Positions 1-12,569 of a DNA stretch of 64,000 nt are shown one piece after another. The DNA is from Vicugna vicugna (Eukaryota). Numbering within the stretch: the first letter of the stretch is position 1; each line of letters opens with the position of its first letter. The notes under the pieces are model-generated. The model was given only the letters and a program-made list of their open reading frames with translations. It did no database searches and was not told the origin of the DNA. The stretch lies in NCBI GenBank assembly GCA_013265495.1, contig MU058463.1:4362244-4426243 (forward strand), given 5' to 3'. The position numbers were made by a program, and so were the translations under genes.

Positions 1-551
1 ATGACATGGAATAAATCCTGGTACAGAATTAAAAGAATGGGTGCTGAGGTTTGGCGCTATGATCCAAGGTGTCAGCATGGAAGGAACGGTGACAGCAGCA
101 GCTGAAAGCTGTCAATCCTGTGCAGGCAGCAACACGAAGGCGTTTAGAGGCAGGTGACAGAAAGTCAATTCACAGATACACACTTAAGACAATGTAATAG
201 TTTCTTATTTTGGCCTCTCCGTCAGCATACCTTTATAATACAAAGCACTGTTTAGGCCACAGACTGGTCACTCTAGGCCACCATGAGATGAAGCCCTCAA
301 CTCCTGGACAGAAGTGACTCAGATGCAAAATCAGCTCTTCAGATTTCAGGTGTCTGTTATCCAACCCACTCTGTCCCCCTTGGACACTCACTCGGCCTTT
401 AGACCACGTCCCTGCTTATTACTCTTCCACCAGAAGCAAGGCAATTAAAGGAGGAAGGGGTGAAATTTCAAAGGATCCACTTTTTATCCATGTTAATTAG
501 TTTTGCTAAAAGGTGTGATGAAGATTGAGGCAAAGGGTTTGAAGTGCCTGC

Positions 552-624
552 CTTCATTTGCTTCACGGGTGCCCCGTTGCCATGGATAATTGAGAACTTG
601 CAGAGTGGGAAGCACCCACATAAC
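552..624 (-). pseudogene. Candidate exon remnant (LCGCFPLCKFSIIHGNGAPVKQMK)
   Basis: Acceptor gcatctttcag; non-canonical GC donor; phase 2 matches the preceding exon. Confidence 0.3.
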
Positions 625-1299
625 CTGAAAGATGCGAGTCAAACCCAGCATCAAGACTGATTTATCATTTGGGGCTGGGAGACCCTACACGATTCAAGAG
701 GGCTCCCCTTCTGAAAAGTCCTGGGAGGATGGGGCTGGGACTTGGATGAAACTCAGCCTCCCTCCAGTGCTCTGGATGCAGTAACGCCTTTCCTTCCCAC
801 TTTCCCCATCTCCACAGGTTTATAGTCTATTGATCATTAAAGAAGCTGATTATACCTCTGTTCTAACGAATTAAACAGAATCAGGGAGGGAGCACAGTAC
901 TTCAGGTGAGAAGAGAGCTCATGTAATGATTCGGCTAAATGTTCCTAAGACTGACACATACTCACAGGGCACTGAGACAGTGCAGATGACGGGTCTTCTG
1001 TGTGCTTTGTGTCTTCATTGTGGGCCGGGTTGATGATGAGTCTGTTGCCAGCAAGATATGGTTTCCTCCTGTGCAGAAACGCCAAATTTGCAGCTCTTGG
1101 TGGGAGATGAGCTCGGAATGTGATTTCTTCCTTTCTCTAGCAATTTTCTGCCTGCTTGCATGAAATGCTAATGAACATCTTACACATGACAGAGCACTGA
1201 GATGTATCTTTATTTTACTATTTTGGGCAGATCTGACTTTATAAAGTCTAAGTCTTAACGCGATGGTGACAAGACACTTCTAGCAGACCCTTTCCTCAC

Positions 1300-1488
1300 C
1301 TCCTCCAAATTTGTGCTCCAGATGCTCCTCTCCCAGTGCTGAGCTGATGTGCTGTGTCTCTGATTTGAGGTAAGCTCTATGTTGCCGTGGCACCCCTGCA
1401 TCCCGTCTTTCCCCACCATGCCTCTGTGTCCAAGTCTCTGGGAAAAGTCCAGCTCCAGCAACATAAGTCTTGAACTTCAATCTCAGAC
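1300..1488 (-). pseudogene. Candidate exon remnant, 189 nt
   Basis: Acceptor tgactag; strong donor GAG|gtgagg; phase-2 frame has one stop. Confidence 0.4.
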
Positions 1489-1956
1489 CTAGTCAGACAT
1501 TTATTGTCAGTTGTAAACTAGAAGCCAGATTTAATTTATTTATTATTTTAACTAGTTGGGGGTGTGATGAGGCACAAACAGGGAGCTGAACATGCTTATG
1601 GGCAGCAGGTTAAATGCCTAAGTGATTTTATAATTATACCATCAAGTAAATTTATTTGTAGTGGGGACTGAAGTGAAAACAGAGCTTCTGTTTAGGACTT
1701 GGCTGATTGATGGTGCCAGTGGAGAGCTTAGTTTGGGACACGATGGCCTTCACTTGTGGAATTGGTTGGTGGTACACCAGTGCTCTCATCACATCTGTAG
1801 GAGGGCCACCCTCAGACTCCATGAGTGATGGAAGCGTGCATGAGGCACAAAGGATGGAACCTTGCTAACTGCAGACAAATAGAGATGCCGCTTTGGGGGA
1901 CGGCTTCTGTCAGCACTGAATGATGAGGTCAGATGTGAAGTTGGTGTTCCTCTTAC

Positions 1957-2009
1957 TTCTTGTTGGCAACCCAAGGCTGCCTGTGCCATTTGGGCGTGGT
2001 TTCTTTCAA
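1957..2009 (-). pseudogene. Candidate exon remnant (LKETTPKWHRQPWVANK)
   Basis: Long pyrimidine tract ending in CAA instead of CAG; donor GAA|gtaaga. Confidence 0.4.
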
Positions 2010-2869
2010 TTGTAAAAGGATGAGAGAGACCAGAGAAGAAAGAAGTGGATTTTGTAAATGCAATGTAACTTAGAAAGATCCAGGGCAGTGGGCCCAGGGA
2101 CACCTTCCCCAGCATGAATCCAGCTTGTTCAGCTCAGGGTCCCCTGGTTCTGAGGTTTGATTCAGGCTCTGTGTCCCCTGATTTCTGTTCCAGCTTCACC
2201 TTATGCTCACCTTGTTCATCCTCTCAGTGACCTCAAATTCTATTATGATATTATTATATATATAATATTAAGGTTACTATCCAAAAGTCCATGGCTGCAA
2301 ACTATGTCAATTAGAAGGCCCTTTGATTGCTAATATACCCAGGAAAAGACGTGTTTCCCCTTTTGTGCCTCTGAGTTTCTGTCACATAGAAAAGAAACTG
2401 ACAGATGCTACAATTGGATAAATAATGTTGGAATATATTTGGCCTGCTGTAGACCTGATCTCAGAATAGCCTAGGATGGTGAGCTCAAAATAATTTTAAG
2501 TACTAAGAAAGGTAAGTTAGAAAGGTCCTTAATTTTTCTGAAAGAGTTTCAATATTTCGAAAAATATTTAATTAAGCATCTGTGGTTGGAATAGCAAAGA
2601 CCAAGAAAGTTTTATTGAACATTATGAAAGTGTGAATACAGGATAGGTAGGCATGCCTGGACTCAGTCTAGGAACACCAGGCAGGAGGTGGAACTTGAAG
2701 CCTGTGATTCTATGGATTGTATCTCACAGAATCTATAGAATTACTCTCACAAAAGAATAAGGGTATAAAATTTAAACATATTCAAAAAAGTTTTAGATAA
2801 ATAACAGTAATTATAAAGTAAGTGATGAGTGCCTAAAGGATGCATTTTCATCTTTGTTTTTAATACTCC

Positions 2870-4070
2870 AAATATTGCTTTAAACTAGTTTTAAAAATGC
2901 ATTCTTTTGGTAACAGTTTGGAAAACATAAAAAGGAGGAAAATAAAGATTAATTATAATCTTGTTTTACAGACTTAAGATTTTGATACATTTGCTTTCAT
3001 TTTTTCTACACTATTTTAAAATTATCTTCCACAGTTGTGAGTTTGCAATTTTGTATCCTTCTTTTTTATATCTTTAAGTCTAAATATTTCTACATCTCCA
3101 GGAAGTTTTTATTTTAAATGTGATTTTAAGATGCCATTGACTATAGAACACATTACTTTACATACTTCTATGAAAGGAAAAAAATGTTTCCAATTAAGCT
3201 ATAACACAAACCCTTAATGATCGCCTGAAACACATTTGTTGCTTACATCAGCCTTTTGATGCTTTGACATTTCTTTCATCTATTCTAAGCATTTGGCAAT
3301 TCTTTTGCCTTGAATTGCATTACATAGCCTGTAGGAGATGCTTCTTTTGCATATGCCTCAGAAAAACAAAATGTAGCACAGTTTCATTCATTTAGGTTCC
3401 ATAAAACACTTACCATGATTTTTTTTCTTTGGAACAAATTATGGAATAGTGATCATTCCTTCCTTGGTGAATATTTGATTCACCAGTGTAAAATTTACCC
3501 ACTGCAGCTCTGTTTACATGTCTTTTTGTGTACGCAGTAACTTTTTATCTCAGTACTGAATCACAGTGTTACTTTTGAAGACATTTTAAATAGCAATGAA
3601 ATCAACACATGTACCACCAACAATGCACATCATTCAGTTGAGGTAACAAGATGAACAGCTGTGACCAAGCTAATGCCTGCCTGGTAATGACAGCAACTTT
3701 GTGCCTACTGAGTGGCTAATGGGGATAAGATACCAGCTACTATAAGACACATTCCAATTTCAGAAATGAAAATGTGGAAAAGGTGAGTCTTAGTATCAAT
3801 GAATACACCTGGGTTTAATTAACCATTTTGTTACTCTGGATCTTTTGTTGATAAAAATTGATTGATTTATAAAAAAAACAAAACAAACTCTTTTTTCTCT
3901 TATGTTACCAATGTTTCTTTGCTTTGTGACTATTTCTCTGGGATAGATTCTGGGAAGTGGAGTTACTCAGTCAAAGGATAGATACACTTTAAAGGTTTCT
4001 GACATATATTTCCAAATAGCGTTACAGAAAGGTAGTTGCAATTGTATGGTACTATGAACAATGCTATTTA
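2870..4070 (-). mobile_element. Old L1 (L1ME/MC-like) fragments split by a DNA transposon
   Basis: L1 3' signature tttctctgggatagattctgggaagtggagttactcagtcaaagg near 3930-3980. Confidence 0.55.
3200..3807. mobile_element. TcMar-Tc2 (Kanga1/MER104-like) DNA transposon fragment
   Basis: End motif tttcagaaatgaaaatgtggaaaaggtgagtcttagtatcaatgaatac; left boundary uncertain. Confidence 0.5.
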
Positions 4071-4102
4071 AACTTCCTAAACTTGACTTCACGGAGGAAA
4101 GC

Positions 4103-4400
4103 TGTGATAGACTGCCTGCAGGATGGCAACAAACATTCAAAGTGATGTGGCTTTGAGGCTTGGTTTCATAAGATTGTACCTCCCACCTTGCTCTTTTCGG
4201 TCACATATTCTAGGGGGAGCAGGTGCAATATTAGGAGATACTCAGCATCCTGTGGAGAGGCTCATATAGGAAGGAGCCAAGCCTTACAAGGAGAACCACC
4301 TTGTGAGTAAATCATCATGAAAATGGATCCTTTTGTCACAGGCAAGTCTTCAGATGACTGTAACATCCTACAAAGAAAACCACTGTGAGACTTTCTGGAT
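4103..4400 (+). mobile_element. MaLR LTR fragment (MLT1F-like)
   Basis: tgtgatagactg start; cctgtggagaggctca and caagtcttcagatgactg motifs. Confidence 0.6.
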
Positions 4401-4672
4401 TCCACGAAGAAGGAGGAAAATCTACAGGTCCGTATCATGTAATAGTACATCCCTCTCTCAACATATATTATCATATATTAAACAGAGCCATTTAAAATGA
4501 TGCCCATTTCTTTTGATGTGGAATGTTTCCATTGCTCTTGAGCTGGTATGTCTGATCTGTGTGGCTTTGGATCTTTACCTTGCAGACGCTTAATGTGTGT
4601 GTGTGTGTTTAGGGGGTGTCCAAATTCATGTCAAATGGAAAGTTGTTAGATATTGATTAAGAGTTCAAGAGA

Positions 4673-4818
4673 GGGGGAGGGTATAGTCCAAGCTGTAGAG
4701 CGCATGCTTAGCATGCAGTAGGTCCTGGGTTCAATCCCCGACACCTCCTCCAAAAATAAACAAGTAAACCTAGTCACCTACCCCCGCCAAAAAAATTAAT
4801 TAATTAATTGGGGAAAAA
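4673..4818 (+). mobile_element. Camelid tRNA-derived SINE (Vic-1-like)
   Basis: tRNA-Ala-like A/B boxes (ggtatag..gtagagcgcatgcttagcatgc..gggttcaatcccc), A-rich tail, perfect 14-bp TSD aagagttcaagaga (4659-4672 and 4819-4832). Confidence 0.93.
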
Positions 4819-5469
4819 AAGAGTTCAAGAGAAAAGAGGGTTAAATATCTGTGCATTAGGGATGAAGATCATAGTAGCAGTTGGGTTGAATTCAATTCAA
4901 GAAACACTGAGAGTTAACTCTGCACGTGCCAGGTAGTATGAGTAGAGTGGTCACTAAAACTGATGGTCTTCCTGCCCTGGTGGAGCTTAAACAAGGGACA
5001 GCGTAACGCATCCCAGCTTTCCTGAAGTGAACCCTTGTCTTCTGTCATAAAATGGAAGTATTTGACATGGTTGAAGGATGCTAAAGCTGCGAGAGGACTG
5101 TAAAATGTTTTACTGGGAGAAAGAGTTTTCCTCCTCCGTATATAGAGCTTCTTTGAATTCATTAATTGACTCTTTTTTTTTTTCCACTCATTACCTTTTT
5201 TTGTTTCTGGGTTTTTGATTGTTTGTTTGTTTGCTTTTAGTTCTATGATATGTCAGGCACTGTTGGTTGAAAACTCCTTAACGCTCGCATGATATCCAGC
5301 TGAACATATCACCAATATAATTCCCTAAGATTTTGCTAGTCCAACAGAATCTGACTTCTTTATTATTTAGGTTATTCCAGAATTGCAAAGGTCCGTACTT
5401 CCTCCCAAGAACAGAAACATTGTGTATGTTTATGTCTTGCTTCTATCTGCATGTCATCCTGGTCACCCT

Positions 5470-5830
5470 CAGAGATGGCGTGATATAGTGGAAAGTCATG
5501 GGGATTTGGAGTTACAAGAACCAGGAATTACTAGAACTAGGAATCTGGAAAGTGGACACTTTCTAGCTGTGTGTGATCTTAGGAAAATGGCTTATTTTTT
5601 CTTGGTCTTCATCTTTCTCATTGTTTCCACAGCCACCTTATGATATAGATACTGTTAAGCCCATTTTACACTTGAGAAACAGAAGTTCAGCAAGAATAGG
5701 TAGTTTTCCCAAGAATTCAAATACATGGGGCCTGACTTTAGTGCCCACATTTAAGGACACCTCTATGTCAGTTGTTAAGAGCTGAACACGGTGTTTGGTA
5801 CCTAGAAAATCCACAATAAAATACAGCTAT
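5470..5830. mobile_element. MIR fragments
   Basis: ctagctgtgtgtgatcttaggaaa core and reverse-strand cccattttacacttgagaaacaga. Confidence 0.65.
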
Positions 5831-7781
5831 GATTATGGTTGTTATGACTCAAAACCAGGACAATGGAAGAATTTACTAAAGGTGGAAACAAAACTTCAAT
5901 GGTAGACCCATGCTAGAGTTCTTTTGGAGTAACGAATCATTCTCATTCAACCTCTGACCGCAACCGCATGTAAGGCTAACCTTGATTAGAGTGGTAAATG
6001 TCATTTGTAACTGAAAGATCTAATTTTTATAATTCTACTTCTACCGTAAAGAAGAGTTACACTTTTGACATTTTAAGTTAATGCTCTAGGTAGCCCTGGA
6101 TTGACATATGTGATATGAGGAGCCTTAAACCAAGAGCTGAAATATAGAGATGAATCCTTAATCAATGAGTTAAGAGACCTGTTAAAAGGTTAAAGTTAAA
6201 TAAAATGCCTGCAACTAGTGCTGTTTTGAGGGGCCTAAAAATGTTTGTATTCTGCATGCATTTAAAAAATAGAGTAAAATGTATATAGATTTTCATAGAT
6301 GGCAACACATATAAAGTTTTTTGGCTCATGATGCACTGTTATCTCTTTGGCTCAGCGTGGAGAAGTGCAGTCTAATTTCCTTATCATTTCCTCCCTATCT
6401 TATTAGCATTTCAGAGGTGAATCTTCTGTTAGCACATTTTGTCAGAGTGCTCTTGTTTTTCACTCACAGGTTTTATTATTTTTTATCCATCATAGAGAGA
6501 TATCATCCTCATTTTTTGTTGTCTTTAGGGAGGGAATTGATGTTGTTCCAGTATCATTTTGAAGGATGTCTTTCCTTTTCTTTTCCATTCCATTCTTTTT
6601 TTTTTTTTTCCAATTTTTTTTGTAGTGTTTGAAATACTCTCTAAGTTTCTGGAGTGGATGAAATGTCATTTTACAGCAAAAGTTAGGACAAAAACCACCG
6701 AAATAATTTTTCCTCCTTTGAAACAGAATCAGATCTCAGTTTACTAACCCAAATCATCTGCTTTGGGTAGACAAACAGGGCGATGACTCGACCATGAACA
6801 TAACCACCCTCAAGTGTCCTCGGGGAGGGTGAAGAGCTTGCGGTGTGAGCACCAAAACGTGTGTTCTGTTTGATTCCCCACAGAACTCTGGAAGTTCAAT
6901 TCAAATAGTATTTGTTAATGGGCCCATTTAAACAAAGTTTAAAGATAAACTTATTCAGAGGCTGCTGGCAACACTAACTGGCTTTGCAAATTTGCACCAG
7001 TATCTTGCTAAGATTCCAAAACATGGTAGGAAATGAAAAATGAACATCTAAACCAAACTGTTTCTGTTTCTGAAGGAAGTAAAGAAGAAAACTCACTGCC
7101 TTATACTTATATAAACACTTATAAACACAGAAGAAAACCAGTTAAAAAAAGAAAAGAAAACCAGTTTTGTTTCTGGAGCATATGTCAGTTCTTTTAAGAT
7201 GAGAAAAGTCAGACTTCAGGCCTGGGACCTAACGGAATCATTTATTGTTCAGGATTTAGTGTTTTGTTTTGTTTTTTTTAGAGTTCATTAGTCTTCAAGG
7301 TCAAATAACAATGATAAAGGAAACTAACCCAATATTATAAATAAACTACACTTCAATTTAAAAAAAAAATAATAAAAAAGAACTTTCCTTTAACTGCACT
7401 GCATGTGAGCCTGTACTGTAGATTTTGTCAAAAAGAAGTAAGTAAATTTGAAAATTTGTTAAGACACTCTACTCATCTGGAAGGGTCCAACTCCATCATC
7501 GTGTCTTAAATATGTTTTTCTAAATAAATTTAGACAAATGAACAAATCTGAAATATTTCATTTGGAAACTTGTCAAGAAACTCCAAAATTATGACTCAGT
7601 GTACATTCATTGAAAATTGTAAGAGCCAAGAAAGGGAGAGTCAGTTTTAGGTTTCTAAGAATATATCATTAAATCACTCTGCTTGGTTCCATAAAAGTGA
7701 CTGAAAATGAAGGGAATCCATTTTCATCTCTAGTGTGATGCTATTTGTGACAGAGACAATTCATACGATATAGAAGTTAAC

Positions 7782-7902
7782 CTGCCACATGAAAAAAATG
7801 TAGTAGAGGATTCTGTTTTCTGCTACCGAATCACAGTCCTTTCAAATTCTCCCCGTTGGCGGTTTTTCCTCCTGGAAATCTCGATCAGGAACCTCCTATA
7901 AT
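7782..7902 (-). pseudogene. Candidate exon remnant (...DSVAENRILYYIFFMWQ)
   Basis: Acceptor ctttctacacacacag; donor CAG|gttaac; retained CpGs; motif ILxxxFxxW. Confidence 0.4.
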
Positions 7903-8229
7903 CTGTGTGTGTAGAAAGGCATGAAAGTACCATGGAGTTATTAATGATGGGGAGATGGAAGATTAACTTCTTTTTTAAAAGCTGAAAGGCATCTCAGAAC
8001 ATGTCCTTTGATGCTGCCCAGGCATGAGGGTCTGGAAAATGTCTTATTTAAATATACAGGTGTTTTTATGGAGCTCTTAAATCTTTGTTTTATACTCTAG
8101 TTTCCTCCCATATGTTTATTGTCAGCTAACAGCTGAGAACTGATGAGCTGTGTGGAAATGTTTGGTAAAGCTGCATTTCTTCCTTTTTGACAACTGTTTC
8201 TTTTGTTTAATCAAACTTCTTCTAAAAAA

Positions 8230-9000
8230 GAATATGATTTGTTTGCATATTTTTTGTCTACAGAACATGGCCAGTCAGGGTAGCTTTTGCATGATGTGGA
8301 AGGGGGTTTTGTTATATTTAGTTTCTTTTATTGTGATTAGAATGCATGTGACATGTGCATGTTTATGTTTTGGGAAAATCACTCTGTCACAGTGAGGGAA
8401 ATAAGGTGAGACTGGAACCCGGCAGACCAGATTAAGGGGTGGTAGGAGGGGCATGGAGAAGAGGGAATAGAATTCAAGAATGTTCTAGAAAGTAGATTAA
8501 TAAAGGGAAATTTACTGAGGGGGAAAGAGAATTTATTATGACTCAAAATGTCTTTCTTGGATGATAGTAAACAAAATTGATTGAGATAGGGAATGCTGAG
8601 GAAAGATGCTGCTGTGACATTTTGAGATGGAGATGCCTTTGGTACCTTCAGGTGGTTCAGTTAGGAGAAGAGCTCAAAAGAGAAATCTGCACGGGAGATT
8701 CAGAACTGGTGGTCTTCATCTATGTGACAGTTGGCAGTGTGTGATTTGGGAAGATAAGGGAAAGGAAAATGAGAAATGCAAACATGAAAGGGTGAGTAGA
8801 GGAAGAGGAGGTCGTGAAGGAGTATCAGAGAAAGGAGGCAAGGATGCTCAAGTCTCCTCATCCTCACCATCATGTGAGGGATGCTTGAAGGAACGGCCAG
8901 GTTTGGCTGTAGGGACAGCAGAACTTTCAAGGGTGGACTGCCGTGCCTTTCAGTCTTTGTAGAGAGGGACTAGATTTAGCCTGTGTTGTTCCTCCTGAGG
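8230..9000 (-). mobile_element. L2 fragment
   Basis: Purine-rich degenerate L2 (ggaaaatcactctg..., tttgagatggagatgcc...); accounts for ORF 8627..8962. Confidence 0.65.
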
Positions 9001-10804
9001 GCACTGAAGAATTCTATGGAAGTCAGTTCTGCTTTTGTTTATGGAAGCACTTTTAAAGAATAAAAGAGTACAACACGGGGTGTAACTATCTCCAAGTGGT
9101 CTTAGCTGTTGCCCCATTAAAGAGAGCCTTACTGCCCATCAGTGAAGAAGTAAGTCCTGATTGGAGGAGGCTGGGTGGGGACACAGATGGCTTCTAAGAT
9201 TCTCTGAGGTCTGAGAGTTGATAGAAAGTCTGTAAAGGAGTCATACGTTTTATGAAAGTGTTTTGTACGATTTAAGCTCAACTTCAAGGGGACAGTACGA
9301 TGCTATAGTGACAAAGCAAACGCACACGCAGAGAAGAGAAATGGCGTTTGCACTTCATGTTCTCCCCAGATTGTGACACCTCGGTCCCCCTTACCCCATG
9401 GTATAATAGTCAGGCTTAGAAGTTACATGAATTAACCATTTTGAGGGAAGATCAGACAACTTTTCTTGCATTATTATCCAATCTGTATTGGAAAATAGGG
9501 AAGAACACTTATAGTGGTTTGTAGTCTGAGAGTCAACTGATTAAAATTATTTTTCCAGCAAAGATATGATCTTTCATAATATAGATTTGTTCCTATGCTA
9601 ATTCCACATCAGAACCTTAACATATCTCAGAGAGGTTCACTCTTACTGTGGCACCATAGTGCTGTATCTGTCGTACCAAAGAAGACTCAGAAATGTACAT
9701 TGTTCCTGGGGAATCCTTGAGAATACATTAAATGAAAATTACCAAACGTGTTGGTCCCGTTTGATCCAATGTAGCAATGTTAGGAAGGATGTGACCTATT
9801 TTGCAGAAACACATCTCTGATGGGACAGGTAGATTGAAGTTAGCATGTTGGGATGAGACCTAGGAGCAGACTTGAATGGAATTCTGGTTGTTCATATAAT
9901 TTCCCCCTCTCAGTCGCATAGGCTTTATTATACTAAATTACAATTTGCATCATTCAAATGCAAATGAATGTTCACAAGCCCTGTGTGGGCTTCATGTAAT
10001 TCTTTCTGGGCAAGAGCTGCTCAGTGTTTTACTTATTTGAAAGAATTCAGTGATGCAACTAATTCCAAGGAAAAATATGTGAATTTGAAAGTGTGCCTCT
10101 TAGTGGAGGGGATGGAATAATCGTATCAAATTCACATCTGGTTTTATTTTGCTGTCTCTCCTTGGCTTCCCTAAGTGTATGTGACTTGTGGGATATATTC
10201 TCTCTCTTTACCTGACTTTCCTTTGTTTCCCAGAGTGTGACTCTTCCCAGGATTATGATCTCACTTAAATATTGACTATAAAAGTAAGCAACACGGAGGA
10301 AAGTTTTGAAAAGCATAACAAGCTAACGATGTTATTATGGAAATGTGGAAATTCATTCAATAGTAACACTTCATTTTTGGCCTTTATGGACCAATCTTGC
10401 AGTCAACCAAACTGCTTCTAATGCAGGACACTTCATAAGTCACCAAACCTGCCTTGGCAGTTTCTTTTACCATCTTTTGTTCTAGAATGTGAAAAAATAT
10501 TCACTCAGCTCTTAATACTCTCCAGCTGTTCATGGGTAAAGACCTCAACATGAGGCTTATAGGGAGAAAATTGTGCTTGATATAAATTGTACAAGTGAAT
10601 CTACAGAAAGCCTGGATCTCTTTAGCTTCTGCTCTCAGAAAATACGTCTTGTCTCATCAGCCCTGAGACTCTCGCCCTGCTTCACAGAGCTTTTCAGTGG
10701 TGATTCCGGGGTCACCATTCAGGTTACTTAGCGAACTACTAACTGATGTGAGCTTCTCTTCAGACCTTTTTCTGACCAGATTCCTCCAGGAAGAGAACAT
10801 GGAA

Positions 10805-11290
10805 GTTCTAAAGAGCACCTGCGGAGACCTGATCACGCAGAATGCTTCATGGTGAAAAGGCTGTGTGGGACAAATCAGTTTGGGAAATGAATTTAGAGCT
10901 TATCTATATAAATAGCCTATGAAAGGACCTAAGAAATTCTGCAGTAAGGAATTCCTACTTAGCTCTGTTTAACCCAGCAGTAGATCACAGTATTTCAGAG
11001 CAGTAGCTTTGAACACAGATAGACTTGGACTGAAATCCCAGGCTCACTATTGGCCATGAAACTTGGGCAAGTTAATTCCCTGTACAATGGAAATAACTGA
11101 GTCCCAACTCAGGCTTATTGTGGCGAGGGAAAGTATGACGTATGTAAAACATTTGGCAAAGGGCCAGGATCACAGTCCCCACTCAGTTACTCACTTTTAG
11201 TATAATGTTATTATTTGGTTGTATGATTCTTTCCAGGTAACATACAAAAAACTACTCTTCTAAAGAGATGTGATGGGAAATGCTGATCTG
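10805..11290. mobile_element. hAT-Charlie-like element with an internal MIR (about 10995-11210)
   Basis: caaatcagtttgggaaatg and ctgcagtaagga..gtttaacccagca motifs; MIR core aacttgggcaagtta. Confidence 0.5.
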
Positions 11291-11921
11291 ATAGACTGAG
11301 ATGTGTATCAACACTTTTAAAGACCCGAGTCAGTAGATTTTGTATCATGAGACTTCTCTGTCAGGTTGGCTGTTCCTGGTGCCCTAATGTTATATCACAG
11401 ACAAAATATATGGAATTTGGGGTGAATAATGGGAAGTTGACTTTGAAATATAATACACAAAGGTCGTTACAAACAAGACCTATTTTCTTTCTTGAATATC
11501 AAAAGTTAAATTTTGGATGTACATGCTCAGAAAGAAGCCCCAAGAGGGTGAGTGAGAAAGAAGGGACATTTGTTTCCTTGTGTAAAGAAGAGGTTAATGG
11601 AGAATTTGAACACCTGTGGGAGCAGGATTGGAGCCAAGTCATCTTTTAGAACAGAGATGAGGTAACAAGGCTGATTATTAATAAGGCTCCAATATGTAGT
11701 TGGTTTTTCAGCCCAAGTGAAATGTAGGAAATGTTTGTGTTCAACTCCAGCAACTGCCCTTTTTAGTTTTCTTCTCTCCCTCTGAGGTACCTCCTGCCCT
11801 ATTCTTAATCCCTCCTTGCCTTAGCACCTTGCTTGGATGAGAGAAAACCATATGGAAACCTGCTCTTAGTTAACTGAACTTATAAAAGGATCTGATTATT
11901 AATCCATGTGAAAATATAAAG

Positions 11922-12143
11922 CAGAGTTTCTCAACCCCCTCACTATGAATGTTCTGGACTGGCTAATTCTTTACTGTTGGGGGCTGTTCTGTGTATTGTA
12001 GGATGTTTATCCAAATCTCTGGCCTCTACCCACTAGATACCAGTAGCCCCCTTCACCCTACTTGTGACACCAACAATGTCTCCAGACATTGAAAAATGAT
12101 TTCTGGAGGGTCATATCCCTCTCTCCCTCATTGAAAAGCACTG
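11922..12143 (+). mobile_element. MER20 (hAT-Charlie) MITE
   Basis: CAG...CTG termini; ggcctctacccactagataccagtagc and aatgtctccagacattg motifs. Confidence 0.85.
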
Positions 12144-12569
12144 AGCACAAAGGTTTTCCAGCAGATAAATCTGTACCATTCTCTGAGTTAGATTCCCATT
12201 TTATCATATGTAATGTCTTAATTACCAAGATAGAACTTTGAAGATTCATTTGTAGGACACAGGTCAGGGAAGAATGGTTTTGTACAGTTACATTGAAGGG
12301 GTGGATGCCTCATTCATTTAAAACAAATAATCCAAAACTGTTACAGCAAGTTAACTCTCCTCCTCAACGGATGGCTTGAGACATGTTTGAGGCTCCGCCC
12401 AAGTCTGTGTTAAATTTTGAAACCTATTTCCCACCCTTCACTCCAAATATTTTTAGTGGCTGAGCATTAAACAATGAAAAGAATCTCGAGAGACTATCTG
12501 ACTTGGTCATGAATAAAGCAAAATAGCAAAATAGATGGACTGCTAGTCTCTTGTCTGAATTAGGTTTAT

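Noticed and set aside
576..589. RFX X-box-like GTTGCCATGGATAA
   Set aside because: Single imperfect motif with no promoter context
818..905. Plus-strand segment with strong acceptor and donor
   Set aside because: Stops in all three frames and no partner exon identified. It could be a non-coding exon but is unsupported.
4673..4750. tRNA-Ala-like sequence
   Set aside because: SINE head with a tail, TSD and stem-breaking changes; not a tRNA gene. The same applies to the other three copies.
6559..6747. Plus-strand ORF containing EILSKFLEWMK, which also fits the Trp motif
   Set aside because: Isolated, on the opposite strand and without a splice chain. Recorded as a control showing that single motif hits arise by chance.
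6748..6890. CpG-retaining minus-strand segment with a gttagt donor
   Set aside because: Frame and acceptor ambiguous; no clear motif
9647..9715. 69-nt minus-strand segment with AG and gtaaga
   Set aside because: Plausible exon but it cannot be linked to neighbours by phase or motif
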